A stretch of 64,000 bases of DNA. Source: Actinomycetota bacterium. Lineage in GTDB: Bacteria > Actinomycetota > Actinomycetes > Nanopelagicales > Nanopelagicaceae. Made by a program: the position numbers and the translations under genes. The notes under the pieces are model-generated. The model searched no databases. It saw nothing but the letters and a program-made list of their open reading frames with translations, and was not told the origin of the DNA. Shown in pieces: positions 19,759 through 28,624 of the stretch. The stretch covers positions 140 through 64,139 of the forward strand of contig WLKK01000001.1 of assembly GCA_009701305.1 (NCBI GenBank), read 5' to 3'. How positions within the stretch are numbered: the first letter of the stretch is position 1; each line of letters begins with the position of its first letter.

Positions 19759-21608
19759 AAACTGAAGAAATAAATTTGATATTACATTTTTTAGCTAAAT
19801 TTATAACGCTTTCCTCTTTCATTACCTTAATTGGAATTTTAGTGGGGCTTGCATTTTTGGCCCCAGAAAATAAAGGTTGTTTTGAACCGTCTCGCCTACA
19901 AAAATTTCTTGCACCAGTTTCACTTGCTTGGCTGCTTAGCAGTATTTTCTTCCTCATGTCAGAAGTGGCATTTATTTTAAATACTCCTATTTCTGAAGTT
20001 ATTGATGGCAACATTTTGCGATCTTTTATAACGCAAACAACCTTAGGTAAACTTTTTGAGATTCAAATCGTTGCCGCATTGGTATGTGCATTTGCCGCTG
20101 TCCGAGTTAAGAAAACAGGCGGTGCAGTATTTTTGATTTTTATTGCGTGGATTGGTGGATTAGCGCCCTATTTAGAAAGCCATGGCAGCGGTGCTGGTAA
20201 CCATATGCTGGCAATCGGCTTAGTAATAGTGCATGTGGCTGCAATTTCTTTATGGTTTGGTGGAGTTGTTGCACTTTTCTTAATGTCAAAGAGTGACCGT
20301 GAAATTGCGCGAAAAAGATTTACCCCTTTGGCGCTGTGGTGTGTTTCTGCTATCGCATTAACCGGAGTTGTTAACGCTTTTATACGAATTGAAAGTTTTG
20401 CAAATATCAGATCTGATTATGGAGTTTTGGTAATTCTAAAAACTGGCATCTTTATATTTGTCCTTGCTCTTGCAGCTTATAGTAGGAAAAAACTTGGGGA
20501 GCAAAATTTTACAAAACAGCTAATCCAAGAGTTGATTTTACTTACAACTGTTTTGGTCTTAGGAGTTTTTCTAGGTCAAGGAGAACCTCCAGCACATAGT
20601 TCAGCTGATGTAGTTGAAGCGATCGGCATAAAAATGCCTGAGAGCCCCACACTTTCTAGATTACTTTTTGAATATGAGCCAGATGGTTTATTCCTTGCAC
20701 TTTTAATTCTTGCAGTAGCGCTCTACGTAAAAGGAGTAATGATTTTAAGTAAACGTGGAGATAAATGGCCTATCGGACGTACTGTCGCTTTTGCTTTGGG
20801 AATTACTGCCATTGATTACGCAGTCAATGGTGGGTTGGGTGTATATGCACAAGTTGCATTTTCATTTCACATGATTTCACATATGGTTTTAGCAACACTT
20901 GCTCCAATTGGAATTGTTTTAGGAGCACCAATTACATTGGCATTACGTACATTGCCGATTGGGCGTACTCAAGATGAGAGAGGCGTGAGGGGTTACGCTA
21001 TTGCAATTCTGCATTCAAGATATTCGAGCATAATTACTCATCCGGTGAGTGCCCTAATTATTTTTGAGGCTTCACTCTTTGCACTTTATTTTACAAATTT
21101 ATTTAATTGGCTTATGAGTTATCACTTTGGTCATTTTTTTATGGGGTTACATTTCCTTCTATCAGGAATTTTACTATTTTTTGTAATCATCGGAGTTGAT
21201 CCAACCCCACAAAAAAGCCCATTCATTTTTCGGATAGTAATTCTTTTTGTGGCAATCAGTATTCATGCATTTTTCTCTGTCGCACTGATATCTTCATCAC
21301 AATTAGTTGATGGCGGGTACTTTGCCGAAATCGCCAGGCCGTGGTGGCCAGATTTCTTGGCGGATCAAAAGATGGGCGCTTCCATTGGGTGGGCAATGGG
21401 CGAGATTCCAATTTTGCTGGCGCTGATCGCCACTTTCTTGCAATGGATCCGAGCCGATGAACGAGATGCCAAGCGGATTGAACGTAACTCAAACCGGGCT
21501 CGCCAATTTGGGGAACCGGATGAATTAGATAAGTACAACCAGTACCTCTCAGGATTAAATCAAAGGAATGGTTCACCAGACAAGACAGATAAGGAAGCTA
21601 ATAATTAG
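19755..21608 (+). CDS. copD: Fused CopD / cytochrome c oxidase assembly factor CtaG-like membrane protein
   Basis: 617 aa and polytopic. The N-terminal half is CopD-like and the C-terminal half is caa3-CtaG-like. The GTG start overlaps the copC stop (GTGA). Confidence 0.75.
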   Translation: MKTEEINLILHFLAKFITLSSFITLIGILVGLAFLAPENKGCFEPSRLQKFLAPVSLAWLLSSIFFLMSEVAFILNTPISEVIDGNILRSFITQTTLGKLFEIQIVAALVCAFAAVRVKKTGGAVFLIFIAWIGGLAPYLESHGSGAGNHMLAIGLVIVHVAAISLWFGGVVALFLMSKSDREIARKRFTPLALWCVSAIALTGVVNAFIRIESFANIRSDYGVLVILKTGIFIFVLALAAYSRKKLGEQNFTKQLIQELILLTTVLVLGVFLGQGEPPAHSSADVVEAIGIKMPESPTLSRLLFEYEPDGLFLALLILAVALYVKGVMILSKRGDKWPIGRTVAFALGITAIDYAVNGGLGVYAQVAFSFHMISHMVLATLAPIGIVLGAPITLALRTLPIGRTQDERGVRGYAIAILHSRYSSIITHPVSALIIFEASLFALYFTNLFNWLMSYHFGHFFMGLHFLLSGILLFFVIIGVDPTPQKSPFIFRIVILFVAISIHAFFSVALISSSQLVDGGYFAEIARPWWPDFLADQKMGASIGWAMGEIPILLALIATFLQWIRADERDAKRIERNSNRARQFGEPDELDKYNQYLSGLNQRNGSPDKTDKEANN

Positions 21609-21648
21609 TGGAGTAGCGCTGTTCCTAAATCTCTGCGTTAATTAACCC

Positions 21649-22788
21649 ATGGACGCGCTTTTTCAATTACCTGATGAGTACATCTCTTTACGTAAATCTG
21701 TACGAGCACTAGCCGAAGAAAAGATTGCCCCATTTGCTCGAGAAGTTGATGAAGATGCAAGATTTCCAGAAGAAGCGGCAATAGCGCTATCTGCAAATAA
21801 ATTATCAGCGGCTCATGTCCCTGAAGAGTTCGGTGGTGAAGGTGCTGATGCTTTAGCCGTTGTGCTAATCATTGAAGAAGTTGCTCGGGTTTGTGGTTCG
21901 TCCTCACTCATACCTGCAGTAAATAAATTAGGATCACTACCATTGATATTGGCTGGTAATAAAGATCAAAAAGAGCGATGGCTACGCCCGCTAGCAAGTG
22001 GTAAAGGTTTTTCTTACTGCCTATCCGAGTCAGAGGCGGGATCAGATGCCTCCGCATTAAAGACAAAAGCAGTGCGCTCTGGAGATAAATGGATTCTTTC
22101 AGGAAGTAAAAAATGGATTTCAAATGCAGGCGAGTCTGAGTTTTATACAGTTTTAGCAGTAACCGACCCTGAAAAAGGTAGTAAAGGAATTAGCGCTTTT
22201 ATAGTTGAGAAAAACGATAAAGGGATTTCTTTTGGTGCACACGAAAAGAAAATGGGGTTTAGAGGTTCTCCAACTCGTGAGGTTTATTTTGATCAAGTTG
22301 AATTAGCAAATGATCGAATGTTAGGCGTTGAAGGTACTGGATTTGCCCTGGCTATGAAAACATTGGACCACACTCGAATCACAATTGCTGCGCAAGCAAT
22401 AGGCCTAGCTCAAGGCGCATTTGATGTGGCAAATAAATATTCACATGAACGTAAGCAATTCGGTAAAGAAATTTTTGATTTTCAAGCGATTCAATTTATG
22501 TTAGCGGATATGGCAATGAAAATCGAAGCAGCACGCCAATTAACTTATGCCGCTGCCGTTAAGAGCGAAAATGAAAGTTCTGACTTAACTTTTTATTCAG
22601 CGGCTTGTAAATGTTTAGCATCGGACACTGCCATGCAGGTCACCACAGATGCTGTTCAAATTCTTGGTGGTTATGGATATGTATCTGATTATCCAGTAGA
22701 GCGCATGATGCGAGATGCAAAGCTGACTCAAATTTATGAAGGTACGAATCAAGTACAACGGATAATTATTGCGCGAAATCTTGTGTGA
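21649..22788 (+). CDS. Acyl-CoA dehydrogenase (short/branched-chain type)
   Basis: 379 aa with CLSESEAGSDA, GSKKWISNAG, and QILGGYGY...IYEGTNQVQR carrying the catalytic Glu. Confidence 0.92.
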   Translation: MDALFQLPDEYISLRKSVRALAEEKIAPFAREVDEDARFPEEAAIALSANKLSAAHVPEEFGGEGADALAVVLIIEEVARVCGSSSLIPAVNKLGSLPLILAGNKDQKERWLRPLASGKGFSYCLSESEAGSDASALKTKAVRSGDKWILSGSKKWISNAGESEFYTVLAVTDPEKGSKGISAFIVEKNDKGISFGAHEKKMGFRGSPTREVYFDQVELANDRMLGVEGTGFALAMKTLDHTRITIAAQAIGLAQGAFDVANKYSHERKQFGKEIFDFQAIQFMLADMAMKIEAARQLTYAAAVKSENESSDLTFYSAACKCLASDTAMQVTTDAVQILGGYGYVSDYPVERMMRDAKLTQIYEGTNQVQRIIIARNLV

Positions 22789-23313
22789 TTAAATAAAGCG
22801 AATTATTTTAGTAGGTGTAACAACAGCGTTAACTTTTTGATCGTGAATTTCTTGTGGCAACTTACCTTCAAAAATTTCACCATCATGCAATAGGCAGACT
22901 TTCCAACCTGAGTTCAATTTGAGAGCTCGATCATATGAACCACCACCTTGGCCAATTCTCGTTCCGCTCTCATCAACGCTTAATGCCGGCACAACAACAA
23001 TTTGGGCCAAAGAAATTCCAGTAATTCCGAAATTTTTGCCGGTTTTGGAATCTATCCACTCCAAAGAATTGTCCTCGAGTAAATGTGGCAGAAGTACTTG
23101 AACCCCACGGCCGAGAAGAGTGGAGTTAAAACCTTGAGTTGATGGCTCATTTCCGTAAGAGGTGTAGGAGGCGACCACTTTTATAGGTTTTTTAAGTTTT
23201 AAATGATCAAATTCAACTTGTTCAAGCAGTAATGAACTTGCTCGCTCCTCGCCTTCAGGGGCTAATTTTCGCAAGTTGCGCAGCACACGCCGAGTCTGAC
23301 TCTTTTCTTCCAC
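22789..23313 (-). CDS. 5-formyltetrahydrofolate cyclo-ligase
   Basis: Motifs YTSYGNEPST, VLLPHL and VVPALSVDESGTRIGQGGGSYDR. The track ORF extends to 23409 and would overlap galU antisense; the in-frame GTG at 23313 (VEEKSQTRRVLR) is more plausible. Confidence 0.85.
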   Translation of the reverse strand: MEEKSQTRRVLRNLRKLAPEGEERASSLLLEQVEFDHLKLKKPIKVVASYTSYGNEPSTQGFNSTLLGRGVQVLLPHLLEDNSLEWIDSKTGKNFGITGISLAQIVVVPALSVDESGTRIGQGGGSYDRALKLNSGWKVCLLHDGEIFEGKLPQEIHDQKVNAVVTPTKIIRFI

Positions 23314-23329
23314 GTGATCAGCGTAGGGT

Positions 23330-24241
23330 GTGATCACTATGGGATCTAGCGTATTTAAGGCAGTTATTCCGGCGGCCGGTCTGGGCACTCGTTTTTTGCC
23401 AGCGACCAAGTCGATCCCAAAAGAGATGCTCCCGATTGTTGATAAGCCGGCGATTCAATATGTAGTCGAAGAGGCCATTCGTGCAGGTTTAAGTGATGTG
23501 TTATTAATTACTGGAAGAAATAAAGGTGCCCTTGAAGATCATTTTGATCGAGCTATTGAACTTGAGGCAACATTAGAAAATCGTGGCGATGTTGAAAAGT
23601 TGGCAGCAGTTAAGCAAATAACTGAACTCGGTAAAATCCATTATGTGCGTCAAGGAGATCCGCTCGGACTCGGTCATGCTGTTCTCACAGCCGCTAATCA
23701 TGTTGGCAATGAAACTTTCGTAGTTTTACTTGGTGATGACTTAATCGCTGAACAAGATAACTTATTAGGTGAAATGCTTGAGGTACATAAAAAATTTGGA
23801 GGAAGCGTCATTGCTTTGATGGAAGTTCCTGATTCTCAAGTTTCGCTATACGGCATCGCATCAGTCAAAAAAACTGACTCACCTAATATTGTTGAGATTC
23901 TAGATTTAGTTGAGAAGCCTAATGTCGAGAATGCTCCATCAAATTTTGCAATCATTGGCAGATATGTATTAGATCCTGCAATTTTCAAAGTATTGGAAAA
24001 AACGCAAGCCGGTCGTGGTGGCGAGATTCAATTAACTGATGCAATTCGTGAACTGGTGGTAAATGAGAAATTAGGTGGACCGGTTCATGGAGTTATTTTT
24101 TCAGGACGACGTTATGACACGGGCGACCGTGTTAGTTATTTAAAAACAGTAGTTGAATTAGCAAGTGAAAGAGCAGATGTTGGCGGAGAGTTCACTATGT
24201 GGTTGAAAAACTTTGTTGGGAATTTGAATGGAAAACGTTGA
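23330..24241 (+). CDS. galU: UTP--glucose-1-phosphate uridylyltransferase
   Basis: AVIPAAGLGTRFLPATKSIPKEMLPIVDKPAIQYVVEEA and VLLGDD. Start is GTG 23330 or ATG 23339. Confidence 0.95.
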   Translation: MITMGSSVFKAVIPAAGLGTRFLPATKSIPKEMLPIVDKPAIQYVVEEAIRAGLSDVLLITGRNKGALEDHFDRAIELEATLENRGDVEKLAAVKQITELGKIHYVRQGDPLGLGHAVLTAANHVGNETFVVLLGDDLIAEQDNLLGEMLEVHKKFGGSVIALMEVPDSQVSLYGIASVKKTDSPNIVEILDLVEKPNVENAPSNFAIIGRYVLDPAIFKVLEKTQAGRGGEIQLTDAIRELVVNEKLGGPVHGVIFSGRRYDTGDRVSYLKTVVELASERADVGGEFTMWLKNFVGNLNGKR

Positions 24242-25118
24242 AAGTTATTTAAAGCAACTCTTATTACTGGCCCAACCATTGGCACCGCTAGATTTACCAC
24301 TATTAGATGCACATGGTGCAACTCTTGCTTCAGATATTGAAGTAGGCACTCGCCGGGTATTAACAGGTGGAAGTCGAATTAGATCTACACATATTGGAAT
24401 AGCGGCTTCTGTTGGCCTAGATCATCTGCCCACACACCCACATCCTCGTGTCGTAGTGATTTCAGCAGGTGGAGATTTGACTGAACCGGGCGAGCAACTT
24501 GAAACTGCTCATTTTTATGAGGTTAACTCTTGGTTATTAACCACATCAGTTCGAGAGGCCGGAGCAATTGGTTATCGGGTACATACAATTCCAACAACCT
24601 CGGCACAACTTCGGTTACTGATTGAAGACCAACTTGTGCGTGCTGATCTAATAGTCATTACAAGTGGACCAGAGTCCGAGGAGATGACCCAAGCGGCACT
24701 AACTGAACTTGGAATTATTAGTAAAATTCAAATAGAGCTGAACCCCAGTGGAAGCCATAGTTTTGGGTTAATTGGACCAGATAAGACGCCGGTAATAACT
24801 TTGCCAACTGACCCAATGACCTCATTTATTTCATTTGAATTATTTGTGCGGCCAATGATTCGCCAGATGTTTGGCAGAAAAAATATTTTTCATCCAATTT
24901 TAAATGCGAAATTAATAGATGCAGTTACCTTTGAGGCTGGAGCACAGCGATACCTTCCAGCGGTCATAGATTTAACTCAAAGTGAAAAAACTGTTAAAGC
25001 TCTAGATTTAGAAAATTGGGCAGATGCTAACTCTTTTATTATCGTTCCGGCGGGAGTCAGTAATTTAGCAGTCGGAGAATTAGCATCTGTTATGAATCTT
25101 GAGTTGAGAGCTGATTAA
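24228..25118 (+). CDS. Truncated, motif-degenerate MoeA/gephyrin-like protein
   Basis: 296 aa versus about 400-430 aa for MoeA. It is colinear with the MoeA N-terminus, MoCF-binding domain and C-terminal domain, but about 100 aa (the domain carrying DNSAMDGYA) are missing. SGGVSVGEADY reads SGPESEEMTQ and PGNPVS reads PTDPMTS. Confidence 0.7.
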   Translation: MENVESYLKQLLLLAQPLAPLDLPLLDAHGATLASDIEVGTRRVLTGGSRIRSTHIGIAASVGLDHLPTHPHPRVVVISAGGDLTEPGEQLETAHFYEVNSWLLTTSVREAGAIGYRVHTIPTTSAQLRLLIEDQLVRADLIVITSGPESEEMTQAALTELGIISKIQIELNPSGSHSFGLIGPDKTPVITLPTDPMTSFISFELFVRPMIRQMFGRKNIFHPILNAKLIDAVTFEAGAQRYLPAVIDLTQSEKTVKALDLENWADANSFIIVPAGVSNLAVGELASVMNLELRAD

Positions 25119-25119
25119 A

Positions 25120-25647
25120 GTGTTGCTTCAAAGTGGTGAAATAAAATTGCGACCACTACGCAGAACCGATAAAAAAGAGTGGGAATTACTTCGATATAAA
25201 AATGAAAAATGGCTTAGCCCGTGGGAGGCCACCTCTCCAGATCCATTAGTTTCATTACCCACCTTCCAGCAGATGAGAGCATTCCATCGGCGTGAAGAGA
25301 AAGCTTTGCGATCACTTACCTGGGCCGTGATTTACCAGGGAAGAATTTCTGGCCAAGTCACCTTGGCAGGAATCTCATTAGGCTCATATCGAGGTGGCCA
25401 TATCGGTTATTGGATCACCGCAGAACTAGCTGGACGAGGATTTATCCCAATAGCTGTGAATTTAGTGAGCGAATATGCCTTCAAAGAACTGGGGTTACAT
25501 CGCTTGGAAATTTCTATGCGTCCAGAAAATGTCGCTTCAAAGCAGGTAGCGCTGAAATGTGGATTTGAATTTGAAAGTTTGCGAAAGCGGTTTTTACATA
25601 TCGATGGCGATTGGCGAGACCATCACACTTATGTGAAACTCCACTAA
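25120..25647 (+). CDS. GNAT family N-acetyltransferase (RimJ/RimL-like)
   Basis: 175 aa with a GTG start. Motifs include IGYWITAELAGRGF, LHRLEISMRPENVASKQVALKCGFEFE. It occupies the rimJ position after the moeA-like gene. Confidence 0.85.
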   Translation: MLLQSGEIKLRPLRRTDKKEWELLRYKNEKWLSPWEATSPDPLVSLPTFQQMRAFHRREEKALRSLTWAVIYQGRISGQVTLAGISLGSYRGGHIGYWITAELAGRGFIPIAVNLVSEYAFKELGLHRLEISMRPENVASKQVALKCGFEFESLRKRFLHIDGDWRDHHTYVKLH

Positions 25648-25715
25648 TCAACACGAACCAACACGAGTCAACACACTCCTTAAATCCATGATTTGAGCCA
25701 TCCGGACTCGTATCG

Positions 25716-26402
25716 TTGACCATCATGAGTTCTGGTTTGATCTACTTCGCAGTCGTCGCAATGTGGGTAGCGTATTTCCTTCCAAGATGGCTGCGCACCC
25801 ATGACGAAATTTCAGACAATAGAAGTTTAGAGCGATATCAGAGTGCCATGAGTTTGGTATCACTAGGTACCAGCCATGAAAATCTTCCAAGTCGTACAGA
25901 GGTGGCTGAAAATAAAATTCGCCAAATGCGCCAACGTCAACTTATTTTGATCGGGCTCGCTGCGATTTTTCTAATTGTTTTTATTTCAACTTTATTTGGT
26001 GGAGTTCCCTTTAGAACAAATGCACTTCCTCTTTCACTAATTTTAATTTATGTCATTCATGTCCGCAGACAAAAAATTGTTGAAGAAGTTGCAACTCGTC
26101 GTCGACTTGCAGCAGCAAGAGCGACAAGTGGAGTTCGTGCGAATTTTTCAGATGTGCTCTATCGCTCTAATGAAAGTACTACCGAACACTGGATCCCATT
26201 ACGCCCATCCACCACAGTCACTGTTATTCCTAATACAACGTGGCAACCATTAGATGTTCCACTTCCAACATATGTCACAGCCCCTAAGGCAACCTCTCGA
26301 CCAATGAAAGAGGTAGCTACAAAAGTAGAAGTGGCAATAGGGCCAGATGAGATATTTGATCAAGTTGCCGTAGAAGAAGCGGATTTACGCGCTGCAAATT
26401 AA
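25716..26402 (+). CDS. Membrane protein, unknown function (two TM helices)
   Basis: 228 aa with TM1 LIYFAVVAMWVAYFLP and TM2 LILIGLAAIFLIVFISTLF. The alternative start is ATG 25725. Confidence 0.6.
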   Translation: MTIMSSGLIYFAVVAMWVAYFLPRWLRTHDEISDNRSLERYQSAMSLVSLGTSHENLPSRTEVAENKIRQMRQRQLILIGLAAIFLIVFISTLFGGVPFRTNALPLSLILIYVIHVRRQKIVEEVATRRRLAAARATSGVRANFSDVLYRSNESTTEHWIPLRPSTTVTVIPNTTWQPLDVPLPTYVTAPKATSRPMKEVATKVEVAIGPDEIFDQVAVEEADLRAAN

Positions 26403-26407
26403 GTAAA

Positions 26408-27739
26408 TTAGATCCACTTTTTAAACCACATCAATGAATTCCAATCATCATAAGTGGTAATTTGTCCAACAAAAATTGGAAAGTGGTAAACGAAATTTGC
26501 AGTAATGACGCAGGTAATAAAAATTATTGAATAAAATTTTAATTTTGGATTACCTAATGAACTTAAATAGTAATTACGCAGAACGGCGACAAAAGCCATT
26601 ATTAGCCAAGGTTCAAAAACCACTGCATAGAAGGTGAAAGTTGTGCGTTGTGGAAAGACAAACCAAGGTAAATATCCGGCACTTACTGCGAGCAAAATAA
26701 ATCCAGTACTCCATTGTTTATTTTTAAACCAAAGCACGACCAAAATCACGAGTGAAATTGCTGCGCTCCACCAAAGTACTGGAGTTCCCATGGCCAGAAC
26801 TTCTTGTGCGCAAGATGCTGCTCCACAACCTTTTGGGGTCTCGTAAAAAAAAGATGTCGGGCGATACATAATTAGCCAAGACCAAGCTTTAGCCTCGTAG
26901 CTATGGTTTTCGGTTAGGTGGGTATGAAAGTAAAGGATTTCGGATTGATAATGCCAAAAGGATCTGAGGGCATTTGGTAGTAGGCCAGCATTTTCAACTC
27001 CCCAATTTCTGCTCCAGCCCAATGTGGAATTAAACCAACCAATCCAAGTTGCCACGTAAGTAGAAAGAGGCAGAATCACTAATTCAGCGGCTCGCAGGGC
27101 TGTTATTTTGAGGTAATTTCTGACTTTACTTTCTTCATTGAGATGGATTCGATAGATATCTCTTGCTAAATAGTAAACCCCAAAAATAGCGATGTAGTAA
27201 ACAGCACTCCACTTAGTTGCGAGTGCTAATCCAAATAAAAACCCAGCAAGCCAAAAATTTTCTTTTATTAAAGCGTAGAGACCAACTAATATAAAAAACA
27301 TTAGTGTCATATCCAGAAGAGAGGTACGTGACATTACAAGATGTAACCCATCTAGCGAGACTAATGCTGCAGAAAGTAAAGCCCATTTTTCTGAGTTAAA
27401 TAAATGTTTTGAAATTAAATAGATAAAAAGGATAGACAGAGTTCCGAGCAATGCGGTAGAGAATCTCCATCCAAATGAATTATCACCAAATAATTTAATT
27501 CCCAATGCAATAACCCATTTGCCAATCGGTGGGTGGACGATAAATTCAGATTTACCATTTTCAACTTCGACCGCGTACTTCAAGAAATCTTTTGCTCCAT
27601 CTACGTAGTAAATCTCATCAAAAACTAATTCATCCGGACGGCCAAGATTTACAAAACGCACACTCGCTGCGAATGCAAGAATCAGAACTAGCCAACGGCG
27701 CAGCAAAAGGTATCGGATGCCTTCCAGCGCTTTGGTCAT
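26408..27739 (-). CDS. Dolichyl/polyprenyl-phosphate-mannose protein mannosyltransferase (PMT, GT39-like)
   Basis: 443 aa and polytopic, with the loop-1 acidic motif LVFDEIYYVDGA. It is syntenic with mycobacterial pmt next to rsmI. Confidence 0.82.
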   Translation of the reverse strand: MTKALEGIRYLLLRRWLVLILAFAASVRFVNLGRPDELVFDEIYYVDGAKDFLKYAVEVENGKSEFIVHPPIGKWVIALGIKLFGDNSFGWRFSTALLGTLSILFIYLISKHLFNSEKWALLSAALVSLDGLHLVMSRTSLLDMTLMFFILVGLYALIKENFWLAGFLFGLALATKWSAVYYIAIFGVYYLARDIYRIHLNEESKVRNYLKITALRAAELVILPLSTYVATWIGWFNSTLGWSRNWGVENAGLLPNALRSFWHYQSEILYFHTHLTENHSYEAKAWSWLIMYRPTSFFYETPKGCGAASCAQEVLAMGTPVLWWSAAISLVILVVLWFKNKQWSTGFILLAVSAGYLPWFVFPQRTTFTFYAVVFEPWLIMAFVAVLRNYYLSSLGNPKLKFYSIIFITCVITANFVYHFPIFVGQITTYDDWNSLMWFKKWI

Positions 27740-27772
27740 GGAGGATAGGTTAGAACCTGAGATGATAAGTGT

Positions 27773-28624
27773 GTGAAAAAAGGCCTATTAATCCTCGCTG
27801 GTGCCCCATTAGGCAATAGCCGAGACCTCTCGCTACGTGTGCGAGATTTACTGGGCGAGGTCGATCTTATTGCTGCGGAGGACACCCGCCGACTCTTGCG
27901 GCTTTGTAGCGATTTAGAGATTTCACTTAGCGCTCCAGTGGTTTCTTTTTTTGCCGGCAATGAAGCACAGCGCACCCCAGAATTAATTTCTGCATTAATT
28001 CAAGGTAAAACTGTTTTAGTAATTACCGATTCAGGAATGCCAGGAATCAGTGATCCAGGATATTTAATTGTTAGAGCGGCACTAGACGCAAATATTGATA
28101 TTGAAGTTGTGCCTGGTCCAAGTGCAGCAAGTACAGCGTTACTTATTTCTGGTTTACCAATGGAACGATATATTTTTGATGGTTTTCCACCGCGAACTCA
28201 ACAAGCGCGGCAAAATTATTTTGAAACAATAAAAGCGGAAGGTAGAACCGTAGTTTTATTTGAAGCTCCGCATCGAATCAGAGAGACTCTAGCTGATGCG
28301 ATAGAAATTTTGGGAGGTCAACGCCTAGGTGCTGTTTGTCGCGAAATGACAAAAACCCATGAAGAGATTGTGCGCGGTTCACTTACTGAATTGGAAACAT
28401 GGTCCAATTCAAAAGAGATGCTTGGCGAAATAACTTTGGTAATTGCCGCACCCAGTGCTGGGGAAATATCAGAGTTAACACCTCTGGAAATAGCCGCAAA
28501 GGTGAAGGAGCTGGAGGGAGTTGGGGCAACAAGACAAGAGGCGGTCGCACAGATTGCAACGGAGTTTGGCTTACGCAAACGCGCGATATTTGATGCCTTA
28601 GTCGCCTCTAAGATAGCACAGTGA
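27773..28624 (+). CDS. rsmI: 16S rRNA (cytidine1402-2'-O)-methyltransferase
   Basis: 283 aa with LAGAPLGNSRDLSLRV...IAAEDTRR and DSGMPGISDPG. Confidence 0.93.
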   Translation: MKKGLLILAGAPLGNSRDLSLRVRDLLGEVDLIAAEDTRRLLRLCSDLEISLSAPVVSFFAGNEAQRTPELISALIQGKTVLVITDSGMPGISDPGYLIVRAALDANIDIEVVPGPSAASTALLISGLPMERYIFDGFPPRTQQARQNYFETIKAEGRTVVLFEAPHRIRETLADAIEILGGQRLGAVCREMTKTHEEIVRGSLTELETWSNSKEMLGEITLVIAAPSAGEISELTPLEIAAKVKELEGVGATRQEAVAQIATEFGLRKRAIFDALVASKIAQ

